A stretch of 33,542 nucleotides of DNA, taken from NCBI GenBank assembly GCA_020718125.1, contig DYDC01000003.1, positions 1 to 33,542 of the forward strand. The letters run 5' to 3'. The notes beneath the pieces are model-generated. The model saw nothing but the letters and a program-made list of their open reading frames with translations. It ran no database searches and was not told the DNA's origin. The translations under genes and the position numbers were made by a program. This DNA is from Methylacidiphilum sp. GTDB taxonomy: Bacteria > Verrucomicrobiota > Verrucomicrobiia > CAIQCK01. Positions 18,448 through 27,460 of the stretch are shown piece after piece (position 1 is the first letter of the stretch; each line of letters begins with the position of its first letter).

Positions 18448-19833
18448 CTATCGCGTCAGCGCCTCGATCAAAGGTTCCAGTGTCATCCCGCGCGACGCCT
18501 TCACCAGCACACAATCGCCCACCTTGAGCCGGCCGCCCAGCGCCGCCGCCGCGCCAGACACGTCCTCGCACTCGACTACCGCGCCGGTCGCCATGCCGCG
18601 CGCCCGCGCCGCCGACGCGATGAACCGCGCCTGCGGCCCGACCGTCACCAGCAACGCCAGGCCCGCAGCGGCGGCCTCGACGCCAATCTGCCGGTGCAAA
18701 GGCTCAACCTGCGCGCCCAACTCCAGCATGTCACCGAGCACCGCCACGCGCCGGCCCGCGCATGGCCACGCCGCCAGCGCGCGCAGCGCCGCGCGCATCG
18801 AGTCGGGGTTCGCGTTGTAGGCGTCGTCGATCCAGCGCACGCCGTTCACCGTCCTCACCTGCATCCGCATCGCTGGCAGCGCAATCCTCCCGAAGCCCGC
18901 CGCAATCTCGTCCGGCGCCAGGCCCATCTCGCGCGCCGCCGCCGCCGCCAGCAGCGCGTTGGAAATCCAATGGTCGCCGATGGCCGCCAGCTTCACCGGC
19001 ACGCGCGCGGCCACACCCGGCAACACCAGATCGAACGCGACGCCGTCCTCCCACCGCTGGATGTTCTCGGCGCGCACATCGGCCCCCGATGCCAGCCCGG
19101 CGGTGACAACGCGGGCCCGAGTCCGCCCTCGCAGGAACGGAGTCCATCGGTTGTCCGCATTGAGCACCGCCGCACCGTGGGCTGGCAAATTTTCGATCAC
19201 CGCCGCCTTCTCGCGCGCGACCGCGTCCTCGTCACCCATGCCTTCGAGGTGGGCCGGGCCGACGTTGGTGATGACGCCGACCTCCGCCGCGACCATCGCC
19301 GCCAGCGGCGCGAGTTCGCCGGGATGGTTCATGCCCATCTCGAACACGCCGGCCTGATGCGCCGGCTGGATGCGAAGAAGGCTCAGCGGCACGCCGATGT
19401 GGTTGTTCAGGTTGCCCTCGGTCTTGATCGTCTCGAACCGCCCGGCCAGCAGCGTCGCGATCATGTCCTTCGTGCTGGTCTTGCCGTTCGAGCCGGTGAC
19501 CGCGACGGTCCGGACCGGCATGCGTTGGCGGCAGGTCGCGGCGAACCGCTGGAGCGCCACCAGCGTGTCGTCCACTTCAATCAGCGGCAGCGCCAGCGAA
19601 CCGGGCGCTTTGCGCCGGTCGGAGACAATCGCCGCGACCGCGCCGCGCCGGGCGGCCGCTTCCAAACAGTCATGGCCGTCGAACCGCTCGCCGCGGAGCG
19701 CGACAAAGATCTCGCCGGGCCGGAGCTGCCGCGTGTCGCTGGAGACGCCGGTGAAGATCGCATCACTCATGGCGGTGCTCAGCTTTGCGCCGCAGGCGCG
19801 GATGGCGAAGGCGACGGTTCGGTTTTCTTGCAT
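18448..19833 (-). CDS. murF: UDP-MurNAc-tripeptide--D-Ala-D-Ala ligase
   Basis: DTRQL, GERFDGH, TGSNGKTSTKDM, NNHIGVP, EMGMNHPGE, DAYNANPDSM, VKASRG. Confidence 0.97.
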   Translation of the reverse strand: MQENRTVAFAIRACGAKLSTAMSDAIFTGVSSDTRQLRPGEIFVALRGERFDGHDCLEAAARRGAVAAIVSDRRKAPGSLALPLIEVDDTLVALQRFAATCRQRMPVRTVAVTGSNGKTSTKDMIATLLAGRFETIKTEGNLNNHIGVPLSLLRIQPAHQAGVFEMGMNHPGELAPLAAMVAAEVGVITNVGPAHLEGMGDEDAVAREKAAVIENLPAHGAAVLNADNRWTPFLRGRTRARVVTAGLASGADVRAENIQRWEDGVAFDLVLPGVAARVPVKLAAIGDHWISNALLAAAAAREMGLAPDEIAAGFGRIALPAMRMQVRTVNGVRWIDDAYNANPDSMRAALRALAAWPCAGRRVAVLGDMLELGAQVEPLHRQIGVEAAAAGLALLVTVGPQARFIASAARARGMATGAVVECEDVSGAAAALGGRLKVGDCVLVKASRGMTLEPLIEALTR

Positions 19834-21296
19834 TGTAGAAACTCACGCGCGACCTCGCGGTCGTCGAAGGAGATGACCGTGTCGGCAAATTCCTGGTAGG
19901 TTTCGTGGCCCTTGCCGGCGATGACCACGATGTCCTTAGGCTGGGCCAGGCTCAACGCGCGGCCAATGGCCTCGCGCCGGTCCACCAGCACCTCGTATTT
20001 CGACTGGCCGCCGGCCTGCGCGAGACCTTCCTCAATCTGCGAGATGATCGCGCGCGGCTCCTCCTTGCGCGGGTTGTCGGAGGTCACGACCGCGAAGTCG
20101 GCCAGTTCGCCCGCGACACGGCCCATGAGCGGGCGCTTCTTCGCGTCGCGGTTGCCGCCGCAACCGAAGCAGACCAGCAACCGCCCCTCCACCGTCTCGC
20201 GCAGCGTGGACAGCACGTTCTTCAGCGCGTCGTCGGTGTGCGCGTAGTCCACGAACACCTGGAACGGCTGGCCGCAGTCAATCCGTTCCAACCGGCCCGG
20301 CACCTGCGGCAGGCCGCGCAGCGCGCGGGCCATCACCGGCAGTTTCACACCGAGCGTGAGGCACGCGCCGACGGCGGCGAGCGTGTTGGAGACGTTGTAA
20401 CGGCCAAACAGGGGCAGCGTGATCTTCTCCGTGCCTTTCGGCGTCGCAACCTCAAACCGGAGACCGACGCAGTTGGTCTTGAGTTCCCGGACGCGAACCA
20501 TCGCGTCGCCGTGGGCGCCGTAGGTGAGCTTGGCGGCGCGCAACGGCATGGCGTCCAGTTCACGGCCCCGCGGGTCATCGAGGTTGATGACAGCCATGCC
20601 GATCTTGCCGTTGCTGGAGAGCGACTTGAAGAGGATCGTCTTCGCGTCGAAGTAGGCGTCCATCGTCTTGTGGTAATCGAGATGGTCCTGGGTGAGGTTG
20701 GTGAAGACGGCAACATCGAAATCAATGCCGAAGACGCGCTTCTGGACCAATGCGTGGCTGCTGACCTCCATGACGACCGCGCCGCAGTTCTGGCGCTGCA
20801 TCTGGAACATCATCTCGTTCAACTCGATCGCCTCGGGCGTGGTGCGCGCGGCGGGGATGACGCGCGAGCCGATCTCGTAGCGCACGGTGCCGATGAGGCC
20901 GGTCTTGATGCCGGCTTCTTCGAGGATGCGCTTGATCATGAAGGTGACCGTGGTCTTGCCGTTGGTGCCCGTGACGCCGATGACCTTCATCTTGCGATAC
21001 GGATAGGAGTAGAAATGGGCGGCGAGCCGCGCCATCGCCTCGCGCGCATCGGGCACGCAGATGACGGTGGCACGCTTGCTGGCGGGCGGCGCTTTCTCGA
21101 CGATGATCGCACCCGCGCCGCGTTGGACGGCCTGTTCGATGAACTGGTGGCCATTGCTGCGCGTGCCGGGCATCGCCACAAACACGCTGTCGGGCGTCAC
21201 ACGCCGCGAGTCGTAGTGGATCGCCAGGATTTCGCGGTCGAGCGGGCCGTCCACTTGAGCGCCGCTCAGGGCTTCCATAAGTTTATTGAGTCGCAT
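19779..21296 (-). CDS. murE: UDP-MurNAc-dipeptide--meso-diaminopimelate ligase
   Basis: TGTNGKTT, TTPE, MEVSSH, NLTQDHLDYH, DYAHT, GKGHE. The DNPR motif indicates mDAP specificity. Confidence 0.97.
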   Translation of the reverse strand: MRLNKLMEALSGAQVDGPLDREILAIHYDSRRVTPDSVFVAMPGTRSNGHQFIEQAVQRGAGAIIVEKAPPASKRATVICVPDAREAMARLAAHFYSYPYRKMKVIGVTGTNGKTTVTFMIKRILEEAGIKTGLIGTVRYEIGSRVIPAARTTPEAIELNEMMFQMQRQNCGAVVMEVSSHALVQKRVFGIDFDVAVFTNLTQDHLDYHKTMDAYFDAKTILFKSLSSNGKIGMAVINLDDPRGRELDAMPLRAAKLTYGAHGDAMVRVRELKTNCVGLRFEVATPKGTEKITLPLFGRYNVSNTLAAVGACLTLGVKLPVMARALRGLPQVPGRLERIDCGQPFQVFVDYAHTDDALKNVLSTLRETVEGRLLVCFGCGGNRDAKKRPLMGRVAGELADFAVVTSDNPRKEEPRAIISQIEEGLAQAGGQSKYEVLVDRREAIGRALSLAQPKDIVVIAGKGHETYQEFADTVISFDDREVAREFLQCKKTEPSPSPSAPAAQS

Positions 21297-23172
21297 GATG
21301 GGAGACCGCCAGCCGCGACGCGTTTGTATGGGCGCTCGCGGGCTGTCCGGCAATTTCGTTCACGGGATGGTCGGGCGGGATGCTCAGGTATTTCGCCGCT
21401 TTCTCCGCCACCGCCCGAAACACGGGCGCGGCGACTCTGCCGCCGTAGTAGGCGCCGTCCGGGTCGTTCGGGTTGTCCATGGAGATCAGGATGCACAGTT
21501 CCGGCTTGCGCGCCGGGAAGAAGCCGACGAAAGAGGAGTAGTATTTCTGAACATAGGCGCGGCCTTCGATCTTCTGCGCGGTGCCGGTCTTGCCGGCAAT
21601 CTCATAGCCCGGCACGGCCGCGTCGGTGCCCGTGCCACCCCGCTGCGTGACAGTGACCAGGGCGTCGGTCATCTGCGCGGCAGTCTCCGGCGTAATCACC
21701 TGGCGCACGATCATTGGCTGGAACCGTTCGACCGTCTGCCCCTCCTTGTTGAGCAGGGCGCTCACGATCATTGGTTTCATCAACCGGCCGCCGTTGGCGA
21801 TGGCGCACATCGAGGCGCACATCTGCAACGGGGTCACCGCGACTTCGTGGCCCATGGGGATGTGCGCGATGCTGATGGCCGACCATGCGTTGGGCTTGTA
21901 AACGATGCCATTGACTTCGCGCGGCAACTCGATGCCGGTCTTCTGACCGAAACCGAACGCGCGGATGTAGCGGTGCAGCCGATCCGCGCCGAGCCGGATG
22001 CCGACGCGGGCGGCCCCGACGTTGCTGGACTTGGTGATGATCATCATGACGCTGAGCACGCCGTAGCGGTGCGCGTCGTGGAGCGGGACTTTGCAATAGA
22101 CAAACGGCGAGGTGCAGTTGAAGGAATCCTCCAGCGTCACCGCGCGCTCGTTGATCGCGCCGGAGATGGTCACGATCTTGAAAGTCGAGCCAGGCTCGGC
22201 GACGTCCGCGACGCAGCGATTACGCAGGCGGTCCAGAACGGCCGTCTTCGATTCACCTGGAAGCAGTTTCCCGGGCGTGTTCGGATCGAATCCGGGCCGC
22301 ACCGCCATCGCGAGCACCTCGCCCGTGCGCGGACGCATGACAATACCGACGACCGAGTCGGGCCGGCGCAGCGCCATGGCCTTGTCCAACTCCTCCTCCA
22401 GCGCGCCCTGGATCAGTTGATTGACGGTGAGCTGCACATCGCAGCCGTCGTGCGGGAGGATGTTCTTGCGCTCGTATTGCGGCAACGGCCGGCCGCGCGC
22501 GTCCTTTTCCGTCATCAGCAGACCGTCGTAGCCGCGCAGGCGCTGCTCGAACTGCCGCTCGATGCCATCCACGCCGGCGTGGTCGTCCGTGACGCGGCCC
22601 AGCACGTGCGCGGCGAGCGACCCGTTGGGATAGACGCGCTGGAACTCGTCCTTGTAGTAGGCGTAGATCGCGTTGCGGCGCGCCTCGGAAAGCTTGGCGG
22701 TCTGCTTTCGCGGGAGTTTCTTCGGGTCAAGGCCGAAGTCGAGCCGCGCGATTTCGTTGGTGAGACGGTGATACACCGTCTCATCCACCTTGCGCGCCAG
22801 CACAACGTAATGGGTGTCGCGACTGAGCTTGCCCCAGATGGCACGCTCGTCCATGCCAAGCACCTCGGCAGTCTTGCGCACGATGGCCGGCGCGACGGGC
22901 GCCGGCAGATCGAGACTGCTGAGCAACAGCGGATCGGCAGCGACAATCTTTTTCGCCATGCTAATGGCCAGGATTTCTCCGCCCGCGCCGAGGATGCGGC
23001 CGCGGCGGCCCTCGACAACATAGGTGCGCAGGCGCTCCTTGACAGCCTCACTGGCCAGCCAGGAGCGTTTGGTGACCTGCAAATCCACGAGCCGCCAGCC
23101 AATGGCGCAGAAGCCCGCAAGCAGCACCACGGCCACCAGCGTGGCCTGCAAGCGATGTTTGGCCTGGATCAT
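21283..23172 (-). CDS. ftsI: Class B penicillin-binding protein FtsI/PBP3
   Basis: N-terminal TM, RGRI, RVYPNG, SxxK (GSTFK), SxN (SSN), KTG (KTGTAQK). Confidence 0.96.
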   Translation of the reverse strand: MIQAKHRLQATLVAVVLLAGFCAIGWRLVDLQVTKRSWLASEAVKERLRTYVVEGRRGRILGAGGEILAISMAKKIVAADPLLLSSLDLPAPVAPAIVRKTAEVLGMDERAIWGKLSRDTHYVVLARKVDETVYHRLTNEIARLDFGLDPKKLPRKQTAKLSEARRNAIYAYYKDEFQRVYPNGSLAAHVLGRVTDDHAGVDGIERQFEQRLRGYDGLLMTEKDARGRPLPQYERKNILPHDGCDVQLTVNQLIQGALEEELDKAMALRRPDSVVGIVMRPRTGEVLAMAVRPGFDPNTPGKLLPGESKTAVLDRLRNRCVADVAEPGSTFKIVTISGAINERAVTLEDSFNCTSPFVYCKVPLHDAHRYGVLSVMMIITKSSNVGAARVGIRLGADRLHRYIRAFGFGQKTGIELPREVNGIVYKPNAWSAISIAHIPMGHEVAVTPLQMCASMCAIANGGRLMKPMIVSALLNKEGQTVERFQPMIVRQVITPETAAQMTDALVTVTQRGGTGTDAAVPGYEIAGKTGTAQKIEGRAYVQKYYSSFVGFFPARKPELCILISMDNPNDPDGAYYGGRVAAPVFRAVAEKAAKYLSIPPDHPVNEIAGQPASAHTNASRLAVSHHATQ

Positions 23173-23579
23173 TGCGTGCGGAACTGCGGCGAGGCCGCGG
23201 TGCGGCGTGTGTGGACGGCGGCCGAAGCGGCGGCAGTGCGCGCCGGCACGGGTTGGTAGTGGGCGGGCACCCGGATGATCTGGCTCTCGTAGGGAGTCAC
23301 GAGGCCGAGTTGCCAGGCGCGGTTTTTCGTGTCGAGCACCCGCGGCAGCTCAAGCTGCGCAATCTGGAGCGCAAGCCGGTGATTGTTGTCGGAGACCTCC
23401 TGCAATCGCGAACGGGACTGGTCAATGTCGCGGGCGAGCATCGCGTTCTGCGTGTGCTGCCAGACGCACAGCATCGCCCCGGCGGCAATCATGCCGAAAC
23501 CGGTGATCAGCTTCATCATCGGCCACAGCCGGACAGCGCCGCTCTCGCGACGGCGGTTGGATCGGGTCCAGGTCGGCAT
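23169..23579 (-). CDS. ftsL: FtsL-like cell division protein
   Basis: Short basic tail, one TM, then a coiled coil. Lies between rsmH and ftsI with an AAGGAG RBS; its stop overlaps the ftsI start. Confidence 0.75.
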   Translation of the reverse strand: MPTWTRSNRRRESGAVRLWPMMKLITGFGMIAAGAMLCVWQHTQNAMLARDIDQSRSRLQEVSDNNHRLALQIAQLELPRVLDTKNRAWQLGLVTPYESQIIRVPAHYQPVPARTAAASAAVHTRRTAASPQFRTQ

Positions 23580-23592
23580 GACGGGTGGCTCC

Positions 23593-24543
23593 TTAGAGTT
23601 TCTCTGCAACGCGCAGCCGGGCGCTGCGCGCGCGGGGGTTGCGGGCAATCTCGTCGTCGGCAGCCATCATCGGCTTGCGCGTGACGAGGCTGAGTTGTCG
23701 GCGCTGGCCGCACCGGCATACCGGCAGTCCAGGCGGGCAGACGCAGTCGGCCGATTCGTGCCGCATGAAATCCTTCACGATGCGGTCTTCAAGCGAATGG
23801 AACGCGATGACGCCGATGCGCGCGCCAGACCTGCAGACCGTGAGCGCCGCCTCCAAACCGCAGTTCAGTTGCGCCAGCTCGTCATTGACCACGATCCGCA
23901 ACGCCTGAAACGCCTGCGTCGCGGGATGCAGACCGCGCCGGCCGCGGCCTTTCACACGCTCTATCAACTCCGCGAGCTGCCGCGTGCTCGTGATTGGCTG
24001 CCGCTCGCGCGCGCGCACAATCGCCGCCGCGAGTCGCTTGGCTGCCGGCTCCTCGCCATAGACTCGAAAAACGCGCGCCAACTCCTCATAGCTGGCCTCG
24101 CGCAGAATGTCCGCCGCCGTCCGTTCCAGCCGGCGATCCATCCGCATGTCGAGCAGGCCGTCCCGCTGGAAGCTGAACCCGCGCGCCGCCGCGTCGAACT
24201 GCCGCGACGACACGCCCAGATCAAGCAGCACGCCATCCACACCGCTGAGGTTTTCGCACGCCGTTTTCATTTCCGAAAAATTCGCCCTCACCAACCGCAC
24301 TCGCTCACCAAATCGCGCCAGCCGCTCCGCTGCCGCAGCCAGCGCTTCATCGTCAACGTCCATTCCGATCAACTTCCCGTCCGGCCCGGTCCGCTCCAAC
24401 AGCGCCTCGGCGTGGCCGCCACCACCGATCGTCCCGTCGAGGAATATCTTCCCCGGGGCCGGTTGCAGCGCCTCGACGACCTGGTCGAGCATCACCGGCG
24501 CGTGGTAGTGCGTCATGATCGCCGCGCACGCTGTTGTCTCCAT
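23593..24543 (-). CDS. rsmH: 16S rRNA m4C1402 methyltransferase RsmH (MraW)
   Basis: HAPVML, DGTIGGGGHA, DLGVSSRQ, RGFSF, LDMRMD, FQALRI, FHSLEDR, NPRARSARLR. Start is ambiguous (24564, 24543 or 24516). Confidence 0.96.
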   Translation of the reverse strand: METTACAAIMTHYHAPVMLDQVVEALQPAPGKIFLDGTIGGGGHAEALLERTGPDGKLIGMDVDDEALAAAAERLARFGERVRLVRANFSEMKTACENLSGVDGVLLDLGVSSRQFDAAARGFSFQRDGLLDMRMDRRLERTAADILREASYEELARVFRVYGEEPAAKRLAAAIVRARERQPITSTRQLAELIERVKGRGRRGLHPATQAFQALRIVVNDELAQLNCGLEAALTVCRSGARIGVIAFHSLEDRIVKDFMRHESADCVCPPGLPVCRCGQRRQLSLVTRKPMMAADDEIARNPRARSARLRVAEKL

Positions 24544-24580
24544 CAGTCGCCCGACACCGCGCACCCATGAAGCGGTATGT

Positions 24581-24922
24581 TCATGACTTCCGCGTCAGGC
24601 CCAAGAACCTGCCGGCCGCGGCCAGCCACGGATGTTTCAGCGACCGGCCACCGGCCGAGACGCGCTTGTGATGCTCCGCCGGAATGACATCCTCGTCGTC
24701 GAAGATGTCGCTCGATCCGGCGGCGCGGGAAAGAGACGCGCCCCGGTTCGGACCGCTCGCCACCGCCGGAGTTGGTGTGAGCGGCGCCACGAACCGAGGC
24801 GCGGATCGGCTAAATTGTGGGAACACAGGACCGTTCGGCAGCGCAAACCGCCGGCCGCGGTCGGTCATCTCGCGAACACTGTGGTTCGCACGCAAACAAC
24901 GCGCCAAGTTCAGAGCACTCAT
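24581..24922 (-). CDS. Hypothetical protein between mraZ and rsmH (113 aa; alternative start 24976)
   Basis: Open frame on the operon strand with a strong RBS (GGAGGAGCCAC-ATG) before MSALNLAR. No recognisable domain. Confidence 0.4.
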   Translation of the reverse strand: MSALNLARCLRANHSVREMTDRGRRFALPNGPVFPQFSRSAPRFVAPLTPTPAVASGPNRGASLSRAAGSSDIFDDEDVIPAEHHKRVSAGGRSLKHPWLAAAGRFLGLTRKS

Positions 24923-25035
24923 GTGGCTCCTCCAGATTCTTCGTCGCTGCGAAAACGTCAGCAACGTCATGTTCATCCTTCTTCCAACTGCCGCCCGCGC
25001 GTCGCCGGCCCTGTCCGGCCTGCCCGGGCACCGCG

Positions 25036-25485
25036 CTAAATCCCCAACTTCTGCATCATCGTGCCGACGGCCTCGCGCTTGTCCTGCACCGCCGCCACGT
25101 GCCGCGAAGGCGACCATATCTCGAACTGCGACCGGTGGCCGCTCGCGGTGAAAATGATCACGCTGTCAATCCCGGCGTGCTTGACTTCCTCCGCCGAGAG
25201 ACTCATCCGCCCCTGGCTGTCCATGGACACGCGACGCGCCATGTCATTCAGCACCAGGCCAAAATCGCGGTGCTGGTCCGGCTCGGGAAATTCCTGGACC
25301 AGATTGCTGTGAAGCTCGTCGAACTGCTCCTGCGTCATCACCGCGAGATACGACCGCGGATGCTGCACGATGATGAGTTCCTGGGCGCCCCTGGGCCGGA
25401 GCGATTGCGGCACGATGACGCGGTTCTTGTCATCCAGCGTGTGCCGGAAAACGCCGCGGACCTGAATTGTCTGTCGCACCGCCAT
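25036..25485 (-). CDS. mraZ: Division/cell wall cluster transcriptional repressor MraZ
   Basis: Two DxxxR motifs (HTLDDKNRVIVP, MDSQGRMSL) and FEIWS. First gene of the dcw cluster. Confidence 0.92.
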   Translation of the reverse strand: MAVRQTIQVRGVFRHTLDDKNRVIVPQSLRPRGAQELIIVQHPRSYLAVMTQEQFDELHSNLVQEFPEPDQHRDFGLVLNDMARRVSMDSQGRMSLSAEEVKHAGIDSVIIFTASGHRSQFEIWSPSRHVAAVQDKREAVGTMMQKLGI

Positions 25486-25519
25486 GTCTGTCCTATGCAC
25501 TCCTCCAAGCTCACCTTGG

Positions 25520-25561
25520 CTCCACTGAATGGGATGATACTCCACTTGCCACCACCGTCAA
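25520..25561 (-). promoter_or_regulatory. dcw promoter with MraZ-binding repeats
   Basis: Minus strand TTGACG-N16-TATCAT (25561-25534). GTGGTG (25555-50), GTGGAG (25545-40) and GTGGAG (25525-20) fall on a 10-bp register, matching the known GTGG-type MraZ repeat spacing. Confidence 0.75.
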
Positions 25562-25611
25562 CAACAAAGTGCATCTTTTTGTTGCTTGGTCGCGTTTACC
25601 GGACGACTAGT

Positions 25612-26700
25612 TCAGACCTTGTCACTCCCCAGCCGTGCGAAAAGTTCAAGGTAGGCGCCTGCCTGCCAATCCGGCGCGAAATGCGCGGCGGCATGCTCGC
25701 GGGCGCGGGCGCCCATTCGCGCGCGCAACGCCGCGTCGGCCAGCAACCGTTCCACTGCGCTGCGAAAGCCTGCGGCATCACCACGCGCAATGAGAATGCC
25801 GGATTCGTCTGGCACGAAACACTCCCCCACCCCGGTCGCGTCGGCAGCCACCACGGGCAACCCGTGCGCCTGCGCCTCGATGAGAAAATTCGACAGCGAT
25901 TCGTTTTGAGAGGCCAACACCGCCACATCCGCTGCGCGGTAAAGCGGGCGCGGATCTGGGTGGAAACCCATAAACTTCACACGCTCGGCGATGCTCAGAC
26001 CACTGGCGAGCGTCTTGCTGCCAGCAAGCGTCGGCCCATCGCCCGCGAGCCACAACTGCCAGTCGCACTCGCGCGGCAGTCGCGCCGCGATTTCGATCAG
26101 CATCCGCTGGCCCTTTTCGGAGCGAAACATCGCCACACAAAGCAGGACCACACATCCAGCTCCGGCCCCCTGCTGTGTGCGCAAAGTTTCGTTGCGCGAT
26201 TCACCGCCAGCATCGGGTGGGAAAGCGAGTGAGTTATGTATGACAGTGATTCTTTCCGCCAGCGCGCCATGCAGGGCAATGAGCCGCTTCTTCGCCTCGT
26301 GGCTGTTAGCCACCACGTGGCGGGCGCGGTGCAGCGAGCGTTGAACGCCCCACGGTTGCGGCTTGTCCGTGCGCACGGTGGCGATCACAGCGGCGCGAGG
26401 CAGACGGCGTTGGAGGGCGGCGGCGTGGCGGTTGGCCGCTCGCCCCATGCAGAGGACAATGTCGGGCGCGAGCCGTGCTGCCGTGGAAATCAGACCCGGC
26501 GCAAACCAGTCGAGCCCCATGTCGAACGGCTGCAAGGCGCGGTGTTCAATGCCGTCCAGTTTGCGCGCCAGTATGCCGCCGGGCCGGAAGGTCAACAGTA
26601 TCGCATCGTGGCCGGCCTTGCGGAACGCCTGCGTGAGCAGCACTGCTTGCCGTTCGGTGCCGCCGTTGCGCAGGTAGTCCTGGATGACGAGGATTCTCAT
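25612..26700 (-). CDS. Glycosyltransferase family 4 (GT-B)
   Basis: GGTERQ, EKG, LAGDGP, ESLSNFLIEAQAHGLPVVA (E-x7-E). Confidence 0.92.
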   Translation of the reverse strand: MRILVIQDYLRNGGTERQAVLLTQAFRKAGHDAILLTFRPGGILARKLDGIEHRALQPFDMGLDWFAPGLISTAARLAPDIVLCMGRAANRHAAALQRRLPRAAVIATVRTDKPQPWGVQRSLHRARHVVANSHEAKKRLIALHGALAERITVIHNSLAFPPDAGGESRNETLRTQQGAGAGCVVLLCVAMFRSEKGQRMLIEIAARLPRECDWQLWLAGDGPTLAGSKTLASGLSIAERVKFMGFHPDPRPLYRAADVAVLASQNESLSNFLIEAQAHGLPVVAADATGVGECFVPDESGILIARGDAAGFRSAVERLLADAALRARMGARAREHAAAHFAPDWQAGAYLELFARLGSDKV

Positions 26701-26891
26701 GATGGGTTCCGCGTGGGCACAGGATCAGTGAACTCGAACGGCGACTGCAAGCGAAAGATACGCTCGATTTTGCGGGTCGAGCCGGCATGATGGCATTGCC
26801 CGCGCAAGCGCGCGGAAGACAGGACGGGGACGTGCAGAGCGAGTTGTCACAATCAAACACACAACCGTCGTCCGGGAAACCGAACACGACA

Positions 26892-27453
26892 ATGGCTTTC
26901 CTCCGGCTGATGGACCAGGTGAAAGCGTTCCGGCCGACATTGTTTGTGACCGGGGGCGAGCCGACGCTGTATTGGGAGTTTGAGGGCTTCGTCAGAGAGG
27001 CGAAGCAACGGCGGCTGTTCATGCACCTGGCGACCAACGGCTTGTCGCTGGAGAAACACGCCGCCATGCTGGTCGAACAGGGCGTGGAGTTCGTCACAGT
27101 TTCGCTCGGCGGAAGACGTGGCGTTGATCGGCCGGAACCTCCGAACCGCTACGGAACAGGCGCGGGGCCGCATCCGGCTGACGTTTCTGCCTGATTTGTC
27201 GCCGGAGTTGCTGGCGCCGTATTACTTCGACCTGAACCATCCATTTGCCGGCCAGTGCAGCGCGCTCTGGAAAACGCTGCGCGTCATGCCGGATGGAACC
27301 GTCTCGCCATGCCTGCACGTCGTCGCCGGCAATATCGCCACTCAGACCATCGAGGAGATCTGGAACGGCCCCGCCATGCGGCCGTTTCGCGAGATGATCG
27401 CGCGCGGGCTGTTGCCGGGTTGCGCCCGGTGTTGTAACCGGAGTTTTTCCTGA
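26892..27453 (+). pseudogene. Radical SAM/SPASM protein remnant
   Basis: TGGEP, TNG and VTVSL in one frame jump near 27110 to a SPASM region in another frame (C..LWKTLRVMPDGTVSPC, GNI..IEEIWNG, CARCC). No CxxxCxxC upstream, and the central barrel is missing. Confidence 0.8.
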
Positions 27454-27460
27454 TCGCCGA

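Noticed and set aside
5747-26232. Long plus-strand ORFs (e.g. 5895-8510, 10455-12410, 13180-15381, 21286-23259)
   Set aside because: Antisense shadows of dcw genes, expected at high GC, with no recognisable motifs.
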